Below are positions 38,156 to 51,870 of a stretch of DNA of 64,000 bases, one piece after another; position 1 is the first letter of the stretch, and each line of letters starts with the position of its first letter. Under the pieces are notes generated by a model, which was given only the letters and a program-made list of their open reading frames with translations, was not told where the DNA came from and made no database searches. Both the position numbers and the translations under genes were made by a program. Source of the stretch: Octopus vulgaris (lineage: Eukaryota); contig OX597825.1 of the NCBI GenBank assembly GCA_951406725.2, positions 52,266,001 through 52,330,000 of the forward strand. Direction: 5' to 3'.

Positions 38156-39285
38156 CATCATCATCATCATTTAACGTCCGTTTTCCATGCTAGCATGGGT
38201 TGGACGGTTCGACCGGGGTCTGGCAAGCCATGGAGGCTGCACCAGGCTCTAGTCTGATTTGGCAGTGTTTCTACTGCTGGATGCCCTTCCTAATGCCAAC
38301 CAATCCGTGAGTGTAGTGGGTGTTTTTTACGTGCTGCTGGCACAGGGTCCAGAGGAGGCTGGTAAACGGCCATGATTGGTTGGTGCTTTTACATGTCACC
38401 GACATGGATGCCAGTCAGGCAGCACTAGTATCTGCTATGTTTGGATGGTACTTTTTACGTGTCACTGGTACGGGCGTCTCAACTGCAATTTCCATTTGAA
38501 TTTTTATTTTGATGTTGACATACTTGACTCAACAAGTCTCCTCAAGAAGAGTGGGTCACTCTACGATCCAAGGTTAGCATAGCAAGCCGTCCTACGAGCC
38601 ATGAACTCACTTCATTTGTCGGGTCTTTGAAGTCACAGCATATCTCCAGAGGTCTCGGTCTTTTGTCATAGCCTCTGTGAGGCTCAAAGTATGAAGGTCA
38701 TGCTTGACCACCTTGTCCCATGTCTTCCTGGGTCTACCTCTACCCCAGATTCCTTCAACAGTTTGGGAGTGGCACTTCTTCACACATCTCTCCTCATCCA
38801 TTCATAGTACATGACCATACAAGAGCAGTCGTCTCTCTTGCACACCACATTTGATGCTTCTTGTGTCCAAGATTTCTCCCAGGGCACTTACACTCTGTTG
38901 TGCATGGACACTGACATTACACATCCAGTGGATCATGCTAGCTTCATTTCTTTCAAGCCTACACATGTCCTCCGCAGTCACAGCCCATGTTTCACTGCCA
39001 TGAAGCATGGCAGTTCACACACATGCATCATACAATCTACCTTTCACTCTGAGCGAGAGACCCTTTGTCGCCAGTAGGGGGAGAAGCTTCCTAAACTTTG
39101 CCCAGGCTATTCTTATTCTATTGGTAACGCTCTCTGAGCATCCATCCTTGCTACTAACTTGGTCACCTAGGTAGCAGAAACCATCAACTACTTCTAGTTT
39201 CTCCCCAAGGAGTGTAATGAAATCTGTTTTCTGAGTATCAATGGTGTCTATTGCCCCTGTGCATCTGCTGCACATGAAAGCTATA
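38156..39285 (-). mobile_element. 5'-truncated RTE LINE (ORF2 C-terminus, single-copy 3' UTR, (ATG)n tail)
   Basis: [50 protein letters not shown]; frameshifted. Confidence 0.95.
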
Positions 39286-39321
39286 CACACTTATATATAT
39301 GTACACACGCACTCATACATA

Positions 39322-39515
39322 TCATCATCATCATCATTTAATGTCTGTCCCCATGCAGGCATGGGTTGGATGGTTTGACAGGCTCTAGCCAACTGGAGAG
39401 CAGCCCAGGCTCCATTTTGTTTCTTTTGGCATAGTTTCTATGACTGGATACCCTTCTTTATACCAGCCCCTTTACAGAGCATACTGGGTGCTTTTAACCT
39501 GGTACTGGCACACGT
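39322..39515 (-). mobile_element. RTE 3'-end fragment
   Basis: (cat)n-ttaatgtctgtccccatgcaggcatgggttggatgg. Confidence 0.75.
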
Positions 39516-39539
39516 ATATCCCACACAATTGATTTGTGA

Positions 39540-40305
39540 CAAAGTAAATAAGATGCGTTTTGGTTAGGTGTCTGAGAGCTGTCTGATAGATGCAATCTTT
39601 GTAGTGAGGTAACAACAGGAGAAATACTTGGCTTAGAGTAAACCATTACTTTGGCGTTCATTGACTTGGAGAAGACATTCAACAGCATACCACATATGGA
39701 AATCTGGTGGTCACTAAGAAAACTAGGCATTGATGACTGGCTTCTGAGAACTAAGGAGGTCATGTGCAAAGATGCAGTAAGTGAACTCAAAGTCAGCAAT
39801 GACATCAGTGATGAATTTAGCATGGGAGTTGGAGTCAAAGAGGAAATTCCAGGCATGGAATCTAAATCTACAATTGAGAAGTCTTTAGGTAAACTCAGAA
39901 ATGACAAAGGATTTTGCAAGTAAGGAAGAAGATAGAATCCTTGTACCTTCAAGGAAATGGCCTTGCTTGATAGGCCTTGTAGAAAAAGGTGCCACATAAA
40001 AAGCACCTGTGCCGGTGCCACAGAAAAAAAAAGCAACCATGCAAGTGCCATGTACAAAGTACCTGTGCTGGGGTCACATAAAAAGTACCCATGCTGGTGC
40101 CATGTAATAGCACCCGTGCCAGTGCCACATAAAAAGCACCAAGCACACTTTGTAAAGTGGTAGGCATGAGAGAGGGCATCCAACTGCACCAGGTTCCAAA
40201 TTAGACTGGAACCTGGTGCAGTTCCCCTGCTTTCCAGTTCTGGTCAAACCGTCCAACCCTTGCCAGCATGGAAAGCAGACATTAAAAGATAATGAGGATG
40301 ATGAT
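39540..40305 (+). mobile_element. Internally deleted RTE LINE (RT fragment, 3' UTR with ~28-bp repeats, tail)
   Basis: AFIDLEKTFNSIP..IWWSLRKLGIDDWL; RKWPCLI; about 6 gtgccacataaaaagcacc-type units at 39988-40140; gatgatgatg tail. Confidence 0.88.
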
Positions 40306-40765
40306 GTGTGGGTATAAACTACATACACTGTACACAATGTGAACTAAGGCCACACAATAGAATGCATACTAGCCTTTTAAAAATAAGTACTAGGATCAAT
40401 TTGTATGATTAAACCCTTCAAGTCAGTGCACCAGCATGGCCACAGTCCAATCACTAAATCAAGCAAAAGATAATCTGGTGCCTTCATCTGTTGCACCAAC
40501 TGCACGTTTATAGACCATGATCTTTGGCTCACTCAGTATATAAATTCTTTTCCAGTACTCTGTAATCCCTACTAAGTAATTAGCTTTTAATTCACCTGCT
40601 GTTCAAGGTCATTCATGATTCCTCCTCTGGTATATTTCTATCTACATTCAACCTCTTACTCAGGTTTACTTTTATTTACATTTGCCTGTAATAAACAGTT
40701 TCTTTCAGTTGTGTGTAAGTGTGTAATATATGTATGTGTGTGTGTGTGTGATTATGTGTATGTAC

Positions 40766-40942
<177 letters not shown>

Positions 40943-41319
40943 CATATATGCTTTTATTTATTCAAATACATTTATGCCATGATATTAAAACTCTCTCTGG
41001 TGATGGATAAAAAAAAAAGTGAAATATTCTTCAGTTTTTGTTTTTTTTTAAGTTTCTTCAATTTTCTCCTGAGAGAAACTCAATATAGAACAAGCAAAAA
41101 AGGGTTCTTTCAACCTTTTACATTGGCATTCTGTATATTGTTCATGGATCGTAGACTATATTTACAGATGAAGCCCAAACTAAAGCATATTTACCAATTC
41201 TATACCTAATGTTGTTGTTATTTGGTTCAAGTCAATGATGTTCCCAGCTTCTTGTGTATATAATAACTCATATTATCTGGATTAAGCAGTGATGTACCAG
41301 GTGGCCAATCGGAAGAATC

Positions 41320-41450
41320 ACGAAAGCATTGGATAGGATGTCATATGGTATTTATTCTGAACCTCTGCATTCTGAGTTCAAGTCCAACTAATGTTTAACT
41401 TTTCCTTTAATCATTTAGAATCAATAAAAGAAGTACCAATGAAGAATAGG
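41320..41450 (+). mobile_element. SINE family B fragment
   Basis: cattctgagttcaagtcc...ttttcctttaatcattt...ataaaagaagtacca. Confidence 0.5.
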
Positions 41451-41457
41451 GGGATGT

Positions 41458-41802
41458 TCTTTTACTTGTTTCAGTCATTTGACTGTGGCTATCCGGGGGC
41501 ACTGCATTGCAGGGTTTTAGTTGAACAAATCGATCCCACTACTTATTTTTATAAAGGCAGGTACTTATTTTTTTTATCTATTTTTCTGAACTGCTAAGTT
41601 ACAAGAATGTAAATAAACCAACGCTGGTCGTAAGCATTGGACGGTTTGACCAGAACTGGCAAGCAGGGGAACTGCACCAAGCTCCAGTCTAATTTAGAAC
41701 CTGGTGCAGTTGGATGCCCTCTCTAACACCTATCACTTTACAAAGCAGTCGGACCGAAACCTGAACCATGGTGTTGGGAAGCAAGTGTCTTAACCCACAG
41801 CT
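41458..41802 (-). mobile_element. SINE family A with its middle replaced by a 109-bp templated insertion
   Basis: Tail at 41458-41636, head at 41746-41802; the insert is the reverse complement of 40148-40256. Confidence 0.75.
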
Positions 41803-41805
41803 GTA

Positions 41806-41998
41806 CATCATTATCATCATCATCATCATCGTTTAATTGCCATTTGCCGTGCTAGCATGGGTTGGACAGTTCGACCGGGGTCTGGGAAGCCAGGAGGCTG
41901 CACCAGGCTCCAGTCTGATCTGGCAGTGTTTCTACAGCTGGATGACCTTCCTAACGCCAACCATTCCTTGAATGTAGTGGGTGCTTTTTACGTGCCAC
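41806..41998 (-). mobile_element. RTE 3'-end fragment
   Basis: (cat)n tail; gctagcatgggttggacagttcgaccggggtctgggaagcc, near-identical to 38190 and 55740. Confidence 0.85.
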
Positions 41999-43734
41999 AT
42001 TTCAAAAGTAATCATAACATAAAACACTTTATCCAATCCTTTGTCTTCAGAATCTGGAATCTGTGTTTTTGTTTTCCCTACTGACACAGTTTTATGTGTG
42101 TAATAGCTGAAAAATCACAGCTCCATGTCCCTAATTTGAGAAAAACTACAATAGCAATGGGGGCTGTCCCTCTACTGACAATCGTAATATTAAAAAAATG
42201 CAATAATAAATGAGAATTAAAATAAAATGTACAATATGAAAAATAAAAACTAAGTAAACATACACACAAAAAAATATTTTCTTTTATTGCCATATTGAAG
42301 TCTTTATTTTTGTTGTGTAAAGAGAGCTACTTTGATGAAAGCAAGCACTATTACAGTCGTCTTCTTTAACATTGTACTTTCTTGTCTATTTGCTTTTTGA
42401 TACACACACTGGTCATCTAAAAATATTGTCAGCTTTTATTATGTTTGAATAAAAGAATATTTAACACTTTAAGTTATTTATGTCGTCCACATTTATTTTC
42501 ATACTTTATATCCAGTGAATGAACATTCTATATCTATAGGCAGCTTTCATTTCACATCACTTGAAATATGATGATGATAATGATTATTCTGTTGTATTTC
42601 TTTGTCTTTCTCTCTGTCTGTCCAACCCCTTCCTATCCTCTCCTCTTCCCCCTTTCTCCTCTTCCTCCTCCTCTCTCTATCTCGTTTTTACGTTGTATCA
42701 TCCAGTAGTTTTGTATGAACTATTGAGTCATATGGTTTTGTTCAAAGAACCAAATCTGGCAGCAACTTCACTGAGCAGTGGTGAGTGGGGAGAGGGATAG
42801 ACAACATTGACTAATGCTTGTGTTTTGTAAGAGATAAATAGTCACCTATAGCCAGAATTTGCTACAGGAACTATCATCTTTTGGAACAAATTCACAAGAT
42901 GAAAGAAAAACTTACACGTATCAAAGCACAGAAGATTCCACAATGACATACGTTAAAAATCCAAAATTCTTAAATTTCTTCCTCTTTGTCCATCTTCCAC
43001 TCCAACATGCCACCTCTCACCAGCCTCCTTTCTTAACTCTCTACACCAACCTTTCTATATCTTATGAATCCCACTAGTGTTCTATATTTAAATATTTTTA
43101 AAACAATATTCTAAATATGGTCATTCTTTGGTCTCCTGCTCCCATCAATTACTATTTCTCTCTTTCCCCTGCTCCACATGAACCCCTCCTCATCCTCCTC
43201 CTTCTGTTTTATCCACCTTCACTTTTCATTTCTAACTTCCTCCCTGTTCACATACCATATTACTTTTTCATTTCCATTCTTTACCATATACATGTCCCTA
43301 ACCAAAGAACCAACTGCATTATTTTACCTTCTTCCTTCATCCTCACTCCAGCTGAACTTAATGATCTCTTATATAAACACTCCCTTGGCAGTGTAGTTTG
43401 GATTGATTCCTGAAATGTTCCACAAATTTCTTGATTTGTCTATTGCTAGAAAAATTTCCCTATGTGAATGTAATATCTATTATTATCAGCAACATTACTT
43501 TAATATCTGTTTGTGATTCCAAGATGGTTTATGTTGGATGGGTCTGCAATGACTTCAGTGAAAGAATTAGCTAACAGAGATAAGGGGATCGATTATGAAT
43601 CACAGATAGTTTTCTCTCACACTGTGCAAAAATATTTTCAAGAAATTAACTATAAGTCTCAGAAACCCACTAATTTTCGTGTCTAAATGAATTAGGTAAA
43701 TAGTTTATAGCATCATCAGATTATTAAGCATATC

Positions 43735-44148
43735 TTTTATTTGTTTTAGTCATTAAACTGTGGTCATACTGGGGCACTGCTTTGAAGAATTTTTAATCAA
43801 ATGAATCAACTCCAGTAATTGTTTTGTTTTTTAAAGTTTGGTACTTATTCTATTGATCACTTTTGCCAAATCACTAAGTTACAAGGGTGTAAATACACCA
43901 ACACCGGTTGTCAAGTGGTGGTGGGGATAAACACAGACACAAAGATACACACACACAAATATGTGTGTGTGTGTGTGTGTGAGTGGCGAGCTTCTTTCAG
44001 TTTCTGTCTGCCAAATCCTCTCACAAGTCTTTGGTCAGCCTGAGGCTATAGTAGACGACACTTGTCCAAGGTGCCACGCAGTATGACTGAACCTAGAACC
44101 ATGTAGTTGGGAAGTAAGCTTCTTACCACATAACCACATCTGTGCCTA
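43735..44148 (-). mobile_element. SINE family A, full-length
   Basis: Tail, central microsatellite and head. Confidence 0.85.
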
Positions 44149-44614
44149 TGTTTAGAGATGTTAACTCAATATTCTATGCTTCCTAAGCTATCAGAGTTAG
44201 CCTGAAAAGCTTGTACTCTCACAACATGCTATTTTTGGTTTTCATGTACCAAATCAACTCACAAGAAATTGGTCTTTCTGTGGCTATCGTAGAAGACACT
44301 CTCCCAAGGTGCCACACAGCACCGTATAGTTAGGAAGCAAACTTCTTATCACAGCCACACCAACATATTTTATTTTATGGTGTGTTCTGAAGAGGAAGTG
44401 TAAAACTCAGATCCTTTTCAGGGGCCCACTGCTTTTAAATCAGATGGTAAGATTTAGTCTACCATTTACTCACCCTGTTTCACTTGTAACTGTCTTATTA
44501 CAGACACACTTGTTACATGTCTCTTAAATATAAATTTCATTAGTAAGCTAGTTTTCATTACTCTGAGTTATTGCCATGTTGTTTGCCACAACATCAGCAG
44601 ATATAATTAACATA

Positions 44615-45285
44615 TTGTGTGGTAAATAGCTTGCTTATCAACTACATCGTTCTGGGTTCAGTCCCACTGTATGGCACCTTGGGCAAGTGTCTTCTACTAT
44701 AGCCTCGGGCCAACCAAAGCCTTGTGAGTGGATTTGGTAGATGGAAACTGAAAGAAGCCCATTGTATATATGTGTGTATATATATCACCTTCGAAACGTA
44801 GAGTAGATGAAACCATGGCAACTGAAGAAGGGTTTTTTTTTCCTTGTGTTATTTGTCCTGTACCCTATTTTTTTGTTGTTTAAGAAAAATGTCCAGTTCC
44901 TTGGGTTGTGTCTATGTTTTCGTTTCTCATTGTGTTCAACGTTTTTTTTTGTGTCCTGTACTCATATATGCGTGTATATATACATGTAGAGGTAGGTACG
45001 TACATATATTTATGTATATATGCATATGTTTTATTTATTAATATATGTATATATATATGTGCATGTGTGTGTGTATATGTTTGTGTGTCTGTGTTTGTCC
45101 ACCCAACATTGCTTGACAACCGATGCTGGTGTGTTTACGTCCCCCATAACTTAGCAGTTCAGCAAAAGAGACCTATAGAATAAGCACTACGCTTACAAAG
45201 AATAAGTCCTGGGTCGATTTACTTGTCTAAAGGTGGTGCTCCAGCATGGCCACAGTCAAATAACTGAAACAAATAAAAGAGTAAA
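44615..45285 (+). mobile_element. SINE family A with ~260-bp insertion in its central microsatellite
   Basis: Head at 44615-44765, tail at 45060-45285, foreign sequence at 44785-45050. Confidence 0.85.
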
Positions 45286-45419
45286 TGTTTGAAATTCTAA
45301 AAATATCTCTGAATGGAGAACATCATATTATTTTTACTGAAAGAAACACTCCTGAAGCAACTAAAATATTCAGTCTTACATTGGTTAACAAACGAAACAA
45401 TGTAAATATAAAAGCTATG

Positions 45420-45760
45420 GTGGGTTGGTATACCACTAATAGTAGCTATTAGTATATCACTAATAGTAGTATGTAGGTATACAACAAGTAATATATCACA
45501 GTTGTGGGTAAACATACTATTAGGAGTACCTCAGTAGGGCTACCCTATATTTATCCCTGATATAGCATCATGTATATAAATATACCATAAGTGGCATCCT
45601 TAAGTATTTACATACTACCTCAGTGATATACTGAGGTAGTATGTAAATATACCGCTAGTGCTACCTTTATTTCTGTCAGTGGTATATCACGGAGGTTTGT
45701 AGGTATACCTCAAGTGGTACCCTACATCTAACAGTGATGTATCACATTATTATGTGATAC
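45420..45760. repeat. Highly degenerate tandem repeat (tataccactagtgg / gtgatatatcac motifs); related tract at 46380-46680
   Basis: Recurring motifs visible by eye. Confidence 0.5.
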
Positions 45761-48700
45761 CTCAATATACATTGCTATTGCACCCACCTCATTATAGAGA
45801 CAACATTGACAGTATTGTAAAGTTCCTTGTTAGAGCTGTAAACAATTCTAAAGATATTTTAATAGAAATTCTGTATTGATTTAGGTCTGACAGAATGTAA
45901 ATGCTAACTGTAGGTGGTGCCTTATAGTAAATGAATGAATTCATGTCAAGTTCTCAAGAATAGTTAAAGTACAATAAACAGTGGAAGACATTTGAGTGCT
46001 AATGAGAGAGTTTTGATGTGGTCACTGAACCTGCTACAAATAACAGCTCTGACTTATTTAAAATATACGCTACCTTATTTCAAAAGAGACGGATGTATTA
46101 GATAATGTAGTCATAAATATCTCTAAAATATCTCTAGAATGCCTTTGATCAAAGATTTGTTCAATTGCAATTGAACTGAAGCTAAGCAAGTTCCTTTCTT
46201 CATAAAAATGGTGAACTGTATTAAGCACTAATAAGTATTATGTTATTACATAGAAGTGAGTTTGGAGCGTTGATTCTGAAAGATCTGGAGCTGGTTAAAT
46301 CTGTATTAGTAACATTGACTTGGAATAAAGAGTACTTGAGTGTGGCTGGATACTAAAAGTACACACATTATCAGATATATGCAGGAGAGATAACTGCACT
46401 TGTATGGACATATAATACCACTGGGGGATAAAAACAAGGAGAATATTATTAGTGATATATCACAGCTGTTAGATGTCCCACTAGAACTATCCTTACATCT
46501 ATTATAGCAGTCATGGTTAGATATACCACAAGTGTATATGTAACTGTGACTGTAATAATCTATTTGTGATATAACACAGTTGAAGGTAGATATACAACTA
46601 GTGGTTCTCTTGAATGTACCTGTTTATAATATATCATAGTGGTACATATATATATTACTAGTGATACACCTATACTATCAGCAATTTGTTATAGAACAAA
46701 AAAGTGCACAAAGAACAGAGTTCAGATCTCAGAAGCCAGGCCCTAGCGATATTACAATAGGATTGAAATGACTTGCAACATCCTTTACAGAAAACCCATC
46801 TGATTCCTACCAGCATGGAAAAACATTCATTACAATAACGATGCTAATCATGAAATTTATTCAACTCTTCGTTGTGAAGAATTTCCATCAATAATGTTCA
46901 TTGTTTCCTCTTCATTATTAACTTTCTTCCTGCCTATATTGGAAACAGGAAGGTTGCTATAATCTACACACTCAAGTTGGGGACTTTGTTAATACATTCT
47001 CCAAATATCAATGTATTGAATAAAAATGATCAATATATCTGTTTTCAGTAAGATTATGCAGTATCTTTTCTTGATGATTCTATCAGCTTAATGAGGTGGT
47101 TGGAATATATCAGTTACTAGTGTTCATCTTGCTGTCATTGATGACTTCATTTCAAATATAAAGATGTATGGATTATGAAACCTTAACTATATCAATATTT
47201 TGTATTTTTGACATATAATTCGACAAAATCTGGATTAGAAAACAATATCTGTACAGACATATTTCATACCTTAGCATGTAATGTCATAGAACATGTTTAA
47301 AAATCTTTGTAACTATTAAGGTTTGCGAATTCAAGTTAAGATTTAATAAAAAGAAGTTGAAATAACATTTCCATAACTCATGTTAATTTCTTAACCAATT
47401 ATGATTTATGTGTTGCCTGCATTGTACTAAACTTCAACTCCACATTGAATACTTGACAGAAATCCACTCCCAAAACTAACCCTTCAATGCCACTTGGCTC
47501 CCCATTGTGCACATATATGCATGCTAAGAGCCAAAGAAAATGCAGTTATTTCAAACCAACAAAGTCATTGGTCCTGACACTATTCGTTCCCATATTCACA
47601 AACACTGCACCTAGAACTAAAACTGGCTCCTACCCTCAACAAATGCTTTACTCTCTCTCTCTCTCTCACTCTCTCTCCTCATGCAAAGATATATCTTAAC
47701 TGCTGTATGTTGTATTCCCTAAAAGATCAGTCCCATGTCAAGTACTCTATTACCATACTCACTTCCAATATCTTAAAGATGAGCATGAAGCTATAATCAA
47801 CAGTTTTCTCTTACCAATCTTTCACCTACTTAACGTCAATCCGTAAGAAATCACTACTAACAGTGAAGACACAACCTATTAGTTATGCTATCCCTACTAC
47901 CACACACAGGGAACTTGTAAAACTGTATCTTACCTGTTAGTATTGGTAGCTCAACTAACAGACATGTCTTAACTGAGGCTAAGAGCAAGAACACTTCTTA
48001 GCCAAATTTTTCAATGTTGAGAACTCATTGGTGACATAGGATAGTAGATTTTTTTTATAAGTCTCAATTCATGAAAGCTGTAATACTGATCATTGCTGAG
48101 AGAAATGTTTATGGGATTGCAGTTTATTGTTAATAGATGTCATGGGCATCTTTGAGATGTTGCTATTAAGTGTAATAGGATGGTTATTGGGAGGGTCAAA
48201 GGCAGTGCCCATTTTTGGGAATGGAATACACTGTAGCATTAATTATTAATGACAGAAACAGTTTTAGCACCAAAAGGCAAACTTAACATGGATGTCTTGT
48301 TAGAAAACCAAATACTGTGTAATGAGTAATGAGGAATTTCCTGCATCTACAGCAGATGATCCTCATCTGCTACAATCTATGTGTGAGCTTTTAAGTAGCA
48401 AGCACCTGTATGAGAGGTTCTCTCATGGCTAATAACATAGTATTTGGTGTTTTAACAAGTCATCCATGTTAAGTTGGATATCAAAATTGCCTTTTCTTAC
48501 TAACATTACTTCTGTCCAAGCTATTTGTGACATCAGTGTCCAAATTGATGCTGATATTCTATATATTGTCGCAGCAAGATTTTCCTGGTATGCTGTGACC
48601 AGATGCCTCCCACTGATGATGTCCAGTAGACTGAGATCATATATGAGAGTTCCAAAGCCCATAACAGGTGATTCTCGACTGCTACATTCTACATGTGCTT

Positions 48701-48944
48701 TTATGCACCTAGCACCTATATGACAGGTCCTCTGAAGGCTAATAGCATAGTACTTGGTGTTCTGACAAGACATTCACATTAAGTTGGGTATAAAGATTGT
48801 CCACACTGTAGCATGCTTCTAGAAATAAGGAAAGATCTATACAGAGAGAGAGAGAGAGAGGGTGGGGGCGAGAAAGATAGAGAGAGACACAGAGAGATGA
48901 GACAGAGACAGAGATTAATGAGTTTAGTAAGAATAGCGATAACT

Positions 48945-49200
48945 CTAGTATGCATCGATGAAGCATAATAGAAAGAATGTAGCCAGCATCAGTGGCTGTA
49001 TTGGTTTGATGTGACTGCCTGGTGCTGGTGATGTTGAAAGGGGTAGTTTTGAAGGACTTATTCCTAGTGCATGCAGTATAGGGTTGGGTGCAAAGCAGGC
49101 AGTGTATGTAGAGGGTTTCTCTACAGGGATACAGCTTAAAAATTGCACTGATATTGTTAGGTACCCAGCAAAAAACATTTTACTTATGTCTGACATTTAA
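48945..49200 (-). pseudogene. CR1/Jockey-like LINE extreme C-terminus, degraded
   Basis: FFAGYLTISVQFLSCIPVEKPSTYTACF resembles the Y.GYCS.EL..CIP...TR region of these LINEs. Confidence 0.4.
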
Positions 49201-49473
49201 AACATAACAGACTTATAGAGCACATAGCATTCGTATTATTTTACAGTACTGAATTGCAATAAATAATCTTAAAGATTTGCTAGGTGATTAATACCTAGAT
49301 AATGAATTTGTCAAAAGAAAATTCTTTTCCATGATTAAAGTGTTAAAAGATTGTCAACTAATTGAGATCATTGTTTGTAAATAATCTCTTGAATTAAGAT
49401 AGTTACTTTCGAAATGAATACTTGTAAACATTGAGTTTAATTAATGTGACCCTGTGGTACACCAACCATGATA

Positions 49474-49680
49474 TGAGGAGGTGCTGAAAAGGTCCTGGCT
49501 TTGGGTGAAAGAGGATCCGTTAATTATGATTTTATTCAACATATTCTCCTCTCAGATTCCCACATTTACTGTGGCAGTCCTTCAGTTTTTCTAAGCCCTG
49601 TAAAAGAACTTGAAAGGTTTGGCCTTCAACCAGGCCCTTTGCAATACCCTTAAAGCCTCGATCTTATCAGCACCCCTTCG
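49474..49680. mobile_element. mariner-derived MITE
   Basis: TIRs tgaggaggtgctgaaaaggtcctggcttt / aaagcctcgatcttatcagcaccccttcg with TA on both sides; internal minus-strand KCGNLRGEYVE* is a mariner C-terminus. Confidence 0.85.
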
Positions 49681-50839
49681 TATGTGAAACTAATTAGACG
49701 CAAGGCTTCTATCTAATGATGAATGTGCTCCACAGTTGTAAAGCTGAGAGCTATCACAGATTCGCTTCAGATTTTTCCCAAGCTCAGTGGTGGGCTTGAA
49801 CTCATTACCTTAAGCTAATGAAATGTTTTCTAATTATAGTCGACAAGAATGGGAATTGTTGTACTTGTCAGTCTGACAAATACAAATAAGTTGAATGCTG
49901 TTTTTTGTTAGGAGCATGACAAACTGGCTGTAGTGATATGTCATCTCCTGCAGTACTGTACATTGGTGAACTGAAGCAGTATGAGTGTTTTGGACATAGA
50001 GACAGTGCAATGCCAATTACAGGATATGAGATGTATCTCTTATACCTGTCTGACACCTCAGCTGTTTCACTTCTCTGTATTTTCTTAAAGAATCAATAGC
50101 GATAATAAAATTCTATAAGATGTTACTGAAATATTACAACTATAACACTATTTCTATTAACTCAAGAAAGAATCTAAAAAGAAAAAATATATATAACAAT
50201 TTGTAATATCTAATATTTGATAAAATAAGGAAATTGAGATAAATAGCACTGTACCTTAACAAGTGGTGAATCTACTGAAAAATGTGTTATTTATTCATAT
50301 TTCTATTGTAGAAATTCCTGCAGCTATTTAGACTATAGTGCATTAAACTTGGAAATATATTAACACCTGAATATCAGAATAAAATAAAAGGGACAGACAG
50401 AGGTAAAGATATACACAACATGCTTATTAACAAATAATGGAAATAACTATATATGCCAATGTTATTAACTTCAGTTACAATGTTAAAATGCTTAGTGTTA
50501 AAGTACATGACTGGAAAATTTTAAATAAAACATATTTATTACTTTCCTCCTACAGATGGTTACAGGCCACCTCATTATCAACTCATGTGTGTGACCATTA
50601 AGACATGGTTTTATGTACACACATATACATGCACACACACGTACCCCACCCACACACAGTTTCACTATATTTAAACAAGTTTTTTTATATTCCTGAAACA
50701 AGTCAGTATTAGCCATATATTAATACTCATGAATAAAGCATTGATACCACAAATTCTTTTTGCTTCTCTCCTACAGTGTATATTTTCCAAGGATAGGTGC
50801 TAGTGCCAAGAGTTCTCTAAAAGAGACAGATTGGTACAG

Positions 50840-51870
50840 ATATATATGTAGATGTTAAGATTTGTGGAGGGTCAATCACTAAGGCAGATGAAACACTTTT
50901 GTTGCCTGAAGAAGAACATGAAGCACAGGGTTTGTGATGTGTGTAGAAGGATGTGGGATTATAAGACTTGGTATTTGAAGCAACAGATGAGGAGTAGAGG
51001 AGGTGGGTTAGAGGAAGTGTGTGTGTGGGGGGGCGGGGGCGGTGATGAAAGCATAAATTACAGCAAACAAGGACTTTATGGTCAGTAACAGTCAAGGTGA
51101 AATCTGTTCGGGGGGGGGGGGAGGGGCTCCATATGGATGCTTTAAAGGTTTTAGAAATGTTTAAGGAGACTGAATTCTTGTTATCTGTAATGAAGGCAGC
51201 TTGGTGATACACACTAAAATAATATTTTCTGGCAGCTCCCTTTTCATGGAAGTAAAATGTTTAAGCTAAAGGTAAATTATACTTGTGAGCAGCAGATTGA
51301 GGAGGGAAAGGTGGTACCATGCACAGGAGTGAATTTTGTAAAAGCTAACAGCAAGCACATTATTAATAGACAAAAACAAGAATCATTTTCCTGTAGTATA
51401 CAAGAATTAATAAAATGTGGGTCAAGGAGAAATCCTACTTCGATTTCTTGTATTGAAAGTTCTCTGTTGAAAAATTCTGTCACTGTCAGAATAGATAGTG
51501 ACAGAATATTCCAAATGGAAAATTTTTATACAAGAAATGGAAGTATGGCTTAAAACATAGGTGAGAAATTTGGCAATGAGTTTCACATACTAGACAGAGT
51601 TGATGGCTTTGCCAATGTTCAGTAAAACTCAAGATAACTAACTTGTGTTTGCTGAAAATCTCAAGATTGAAAGACTTTTAATGTGTAATGTAGGAGAGCA
51701 AATGTTCATTTAATCAGGCTCTATGGAATATCAACAGAAGGAGGAAGATGGAGAAAGATCCTAGGAACAGCTTACAACCATCTCCATCAGTAATGAGATG
51801 CTGGAAGTGAAAGTAATAGGCTAGTAGTTGGCAGAGGGTGAATGATAATGTGGTATTGCCGTAGGCTGAA
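50840..51870 (-). pseudogene. Fragmented CR1/Jockey-like RT
   Basis: SPSANY*PITFTSSISLLME (NYRPI motif, ~51780-51845) and SVSLNISKTF (LDISKAFD motif, ~51140-51175), separated by unrelated sequence. Confidence 0.6.

Noticed and set aside
51257-51553. 98-aa plus-strand ORF
   Set aside because: No recognisable family; it lies within a fragmented LINE region and its length is within chance expectation
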